DNA of 64,000 bases from positions 4,066,040 to 4,130,039 of the forward strand of contig OW818685.1 of assembly GCA_942493245.1 (NCBI GenBank). Reading direction: 5' to 3'. The notes beneath the pieces are model-generated. The model was not told where the DNA came from and made no database searches. It saw only the letters and a list, made by a program, of their open reading frames with translations. Every line of letters starts with the position of its first letter. Position 1 is the stretch's first letter. Of the stretch, positions 63,444-64,000 are shown piece by piece. Position numbers and translations under genes: made by a program. The stretch is from an uncultured Candidatus Sumerlaeota bacterium (lineage in GTDB: Bacteria; Sumerlaeota; Sumerlaeia; UBA8349).

Positions 63444-63530
63444 TGGTGCCGGGAGGGGGACTTGAACCCCCACGAGATTTCTCCCACAAGATCCTTAGTC
63501 TTGCGCGTCTGCCAATTCCGCCATCCCGGC
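63444..63530 (-). tRNA. tRNA-Leu, anticodon AAG, 87 nt with encoded CCA; right att site 63443-63503
   Basis: GCCGGGA/TCCCGGC acceptor stem, A discriminator, D-loop GG, anticodon arm CAAGA-CTAAGGA-TCTTG, long variable arm, GTTCAAGTC T-arm. Confidence 0.95.
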
Positions 63531-63578
63531 ACACATCTCTTAGTCCGTCCCTGCCCACTCACGCGAGCAAGGAGGTGT

Positions 63579-63607
63579 TTTATAGCCACTTCCCCCGGAG
63601 AATGCAA
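63579..63607 (-). promoter_or_regulatory. Putative tRNA promoter
   Basis: TTGCAT-N17-TATAAA. Confidence 0.55.
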
Positions 63608-64000
63608 GGGAAATGTCGGGAAATTCAAAGCCGCTCAACAACCCCGGAGAAGCGGAAGGAGGGAGGGCCGTTCCTTGTCCAGTTCTTCAAAATCCGGCAC
63701 ATATCCCAATCCGAAAGTACAGAATCCACCGCATTCCCAAAGCGCTCCTGAAGACCGCCAAACGGTTCTACCCGGCAGCGCCTCCCTGAACAAAGTAACC
63801 GAAAAAACACAGGAAATTGTGAATGAAATGAACCAGAGTCGTCCCAATTAACGCCTTCAGAAACGTCCCCTCCTCTCGCCTGGTCGGGCAACGGCCTCCG
63901 CTCAAAGTCAGCCAGGAGGAGGCCTTCAAGGACGTCCCTCCCCGCCAGACCAGCCAACAGAGCGACAAAGACATGCCGCCCCCGAGACCGACGAAAAAGG

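Larger units (their letters stand above)
20378..63503. mobile_element. Integrated temperate prophage, ~43.1 kb, siphovirus-like (HK97-type head, non-contractile tail), apparently complete
   Basis: att repeats, integrase, cI/cro switch, replication, HNH-terS-terL-portal-protease-capsid, tail, lysis modules in canonical order. Confidence 0.95.

Noticed and set aside
1-64000. IS element or RAYT transposase responsible for REPs
   Set aside because: No transposase-like ORF recognised in the window
63625-64000. ORFs after the tRNA promoter
   Set aside because: No recognisable motifs, conflicting frames, truncated by window edge

Overview
Bases 1-20377 are chromosome of a GC-rich diderm bacterium (lipid A-type acyltransferase present; phylum not determinable here). 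They carry ilvD, a Gly/Pro-rich membrane protein, an LpxL-family acyltransferase, a thiS-thiG-orf-thiE-thiL cluster, an ABC-2 permease, an acyl-CoA dehydrogenase, an SPFH protein and a 1593-aa VWA/FN3 surface protein. Bases 20378-63503 are an apparently complete ~43.1 kb siphovirus-type temperate prophage, bounded by a perfect 61-bp direct repeat and integrated in a tRNA-Leu whose anticodon reads AAG. Top observation: the phage early region encodes a solitary 186-aa RAMP/Cas7-like protein (23168-23728) and a winged-helix-like partner. These sit among four non-identical arrays of 12-16 pentamers with the grammar NN-CRC, each preceded by GATTT(T)nC and three ending in a shared tail. This looks like a phage RNA-guided module without CRISPR repeats, with variable dinucleotides as the possible code; that function is inference. 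Second: about 29 phage intergenic or gene-end loci are built from a small set of 7/8/9-bp tandem modules and a 23-bp REP-like palindrome. All lie on the + strand regardless of gene direction, and several are translated in frame. G/C skew flips at both att sites. All calls are by eye from motifs; no database searches were run.
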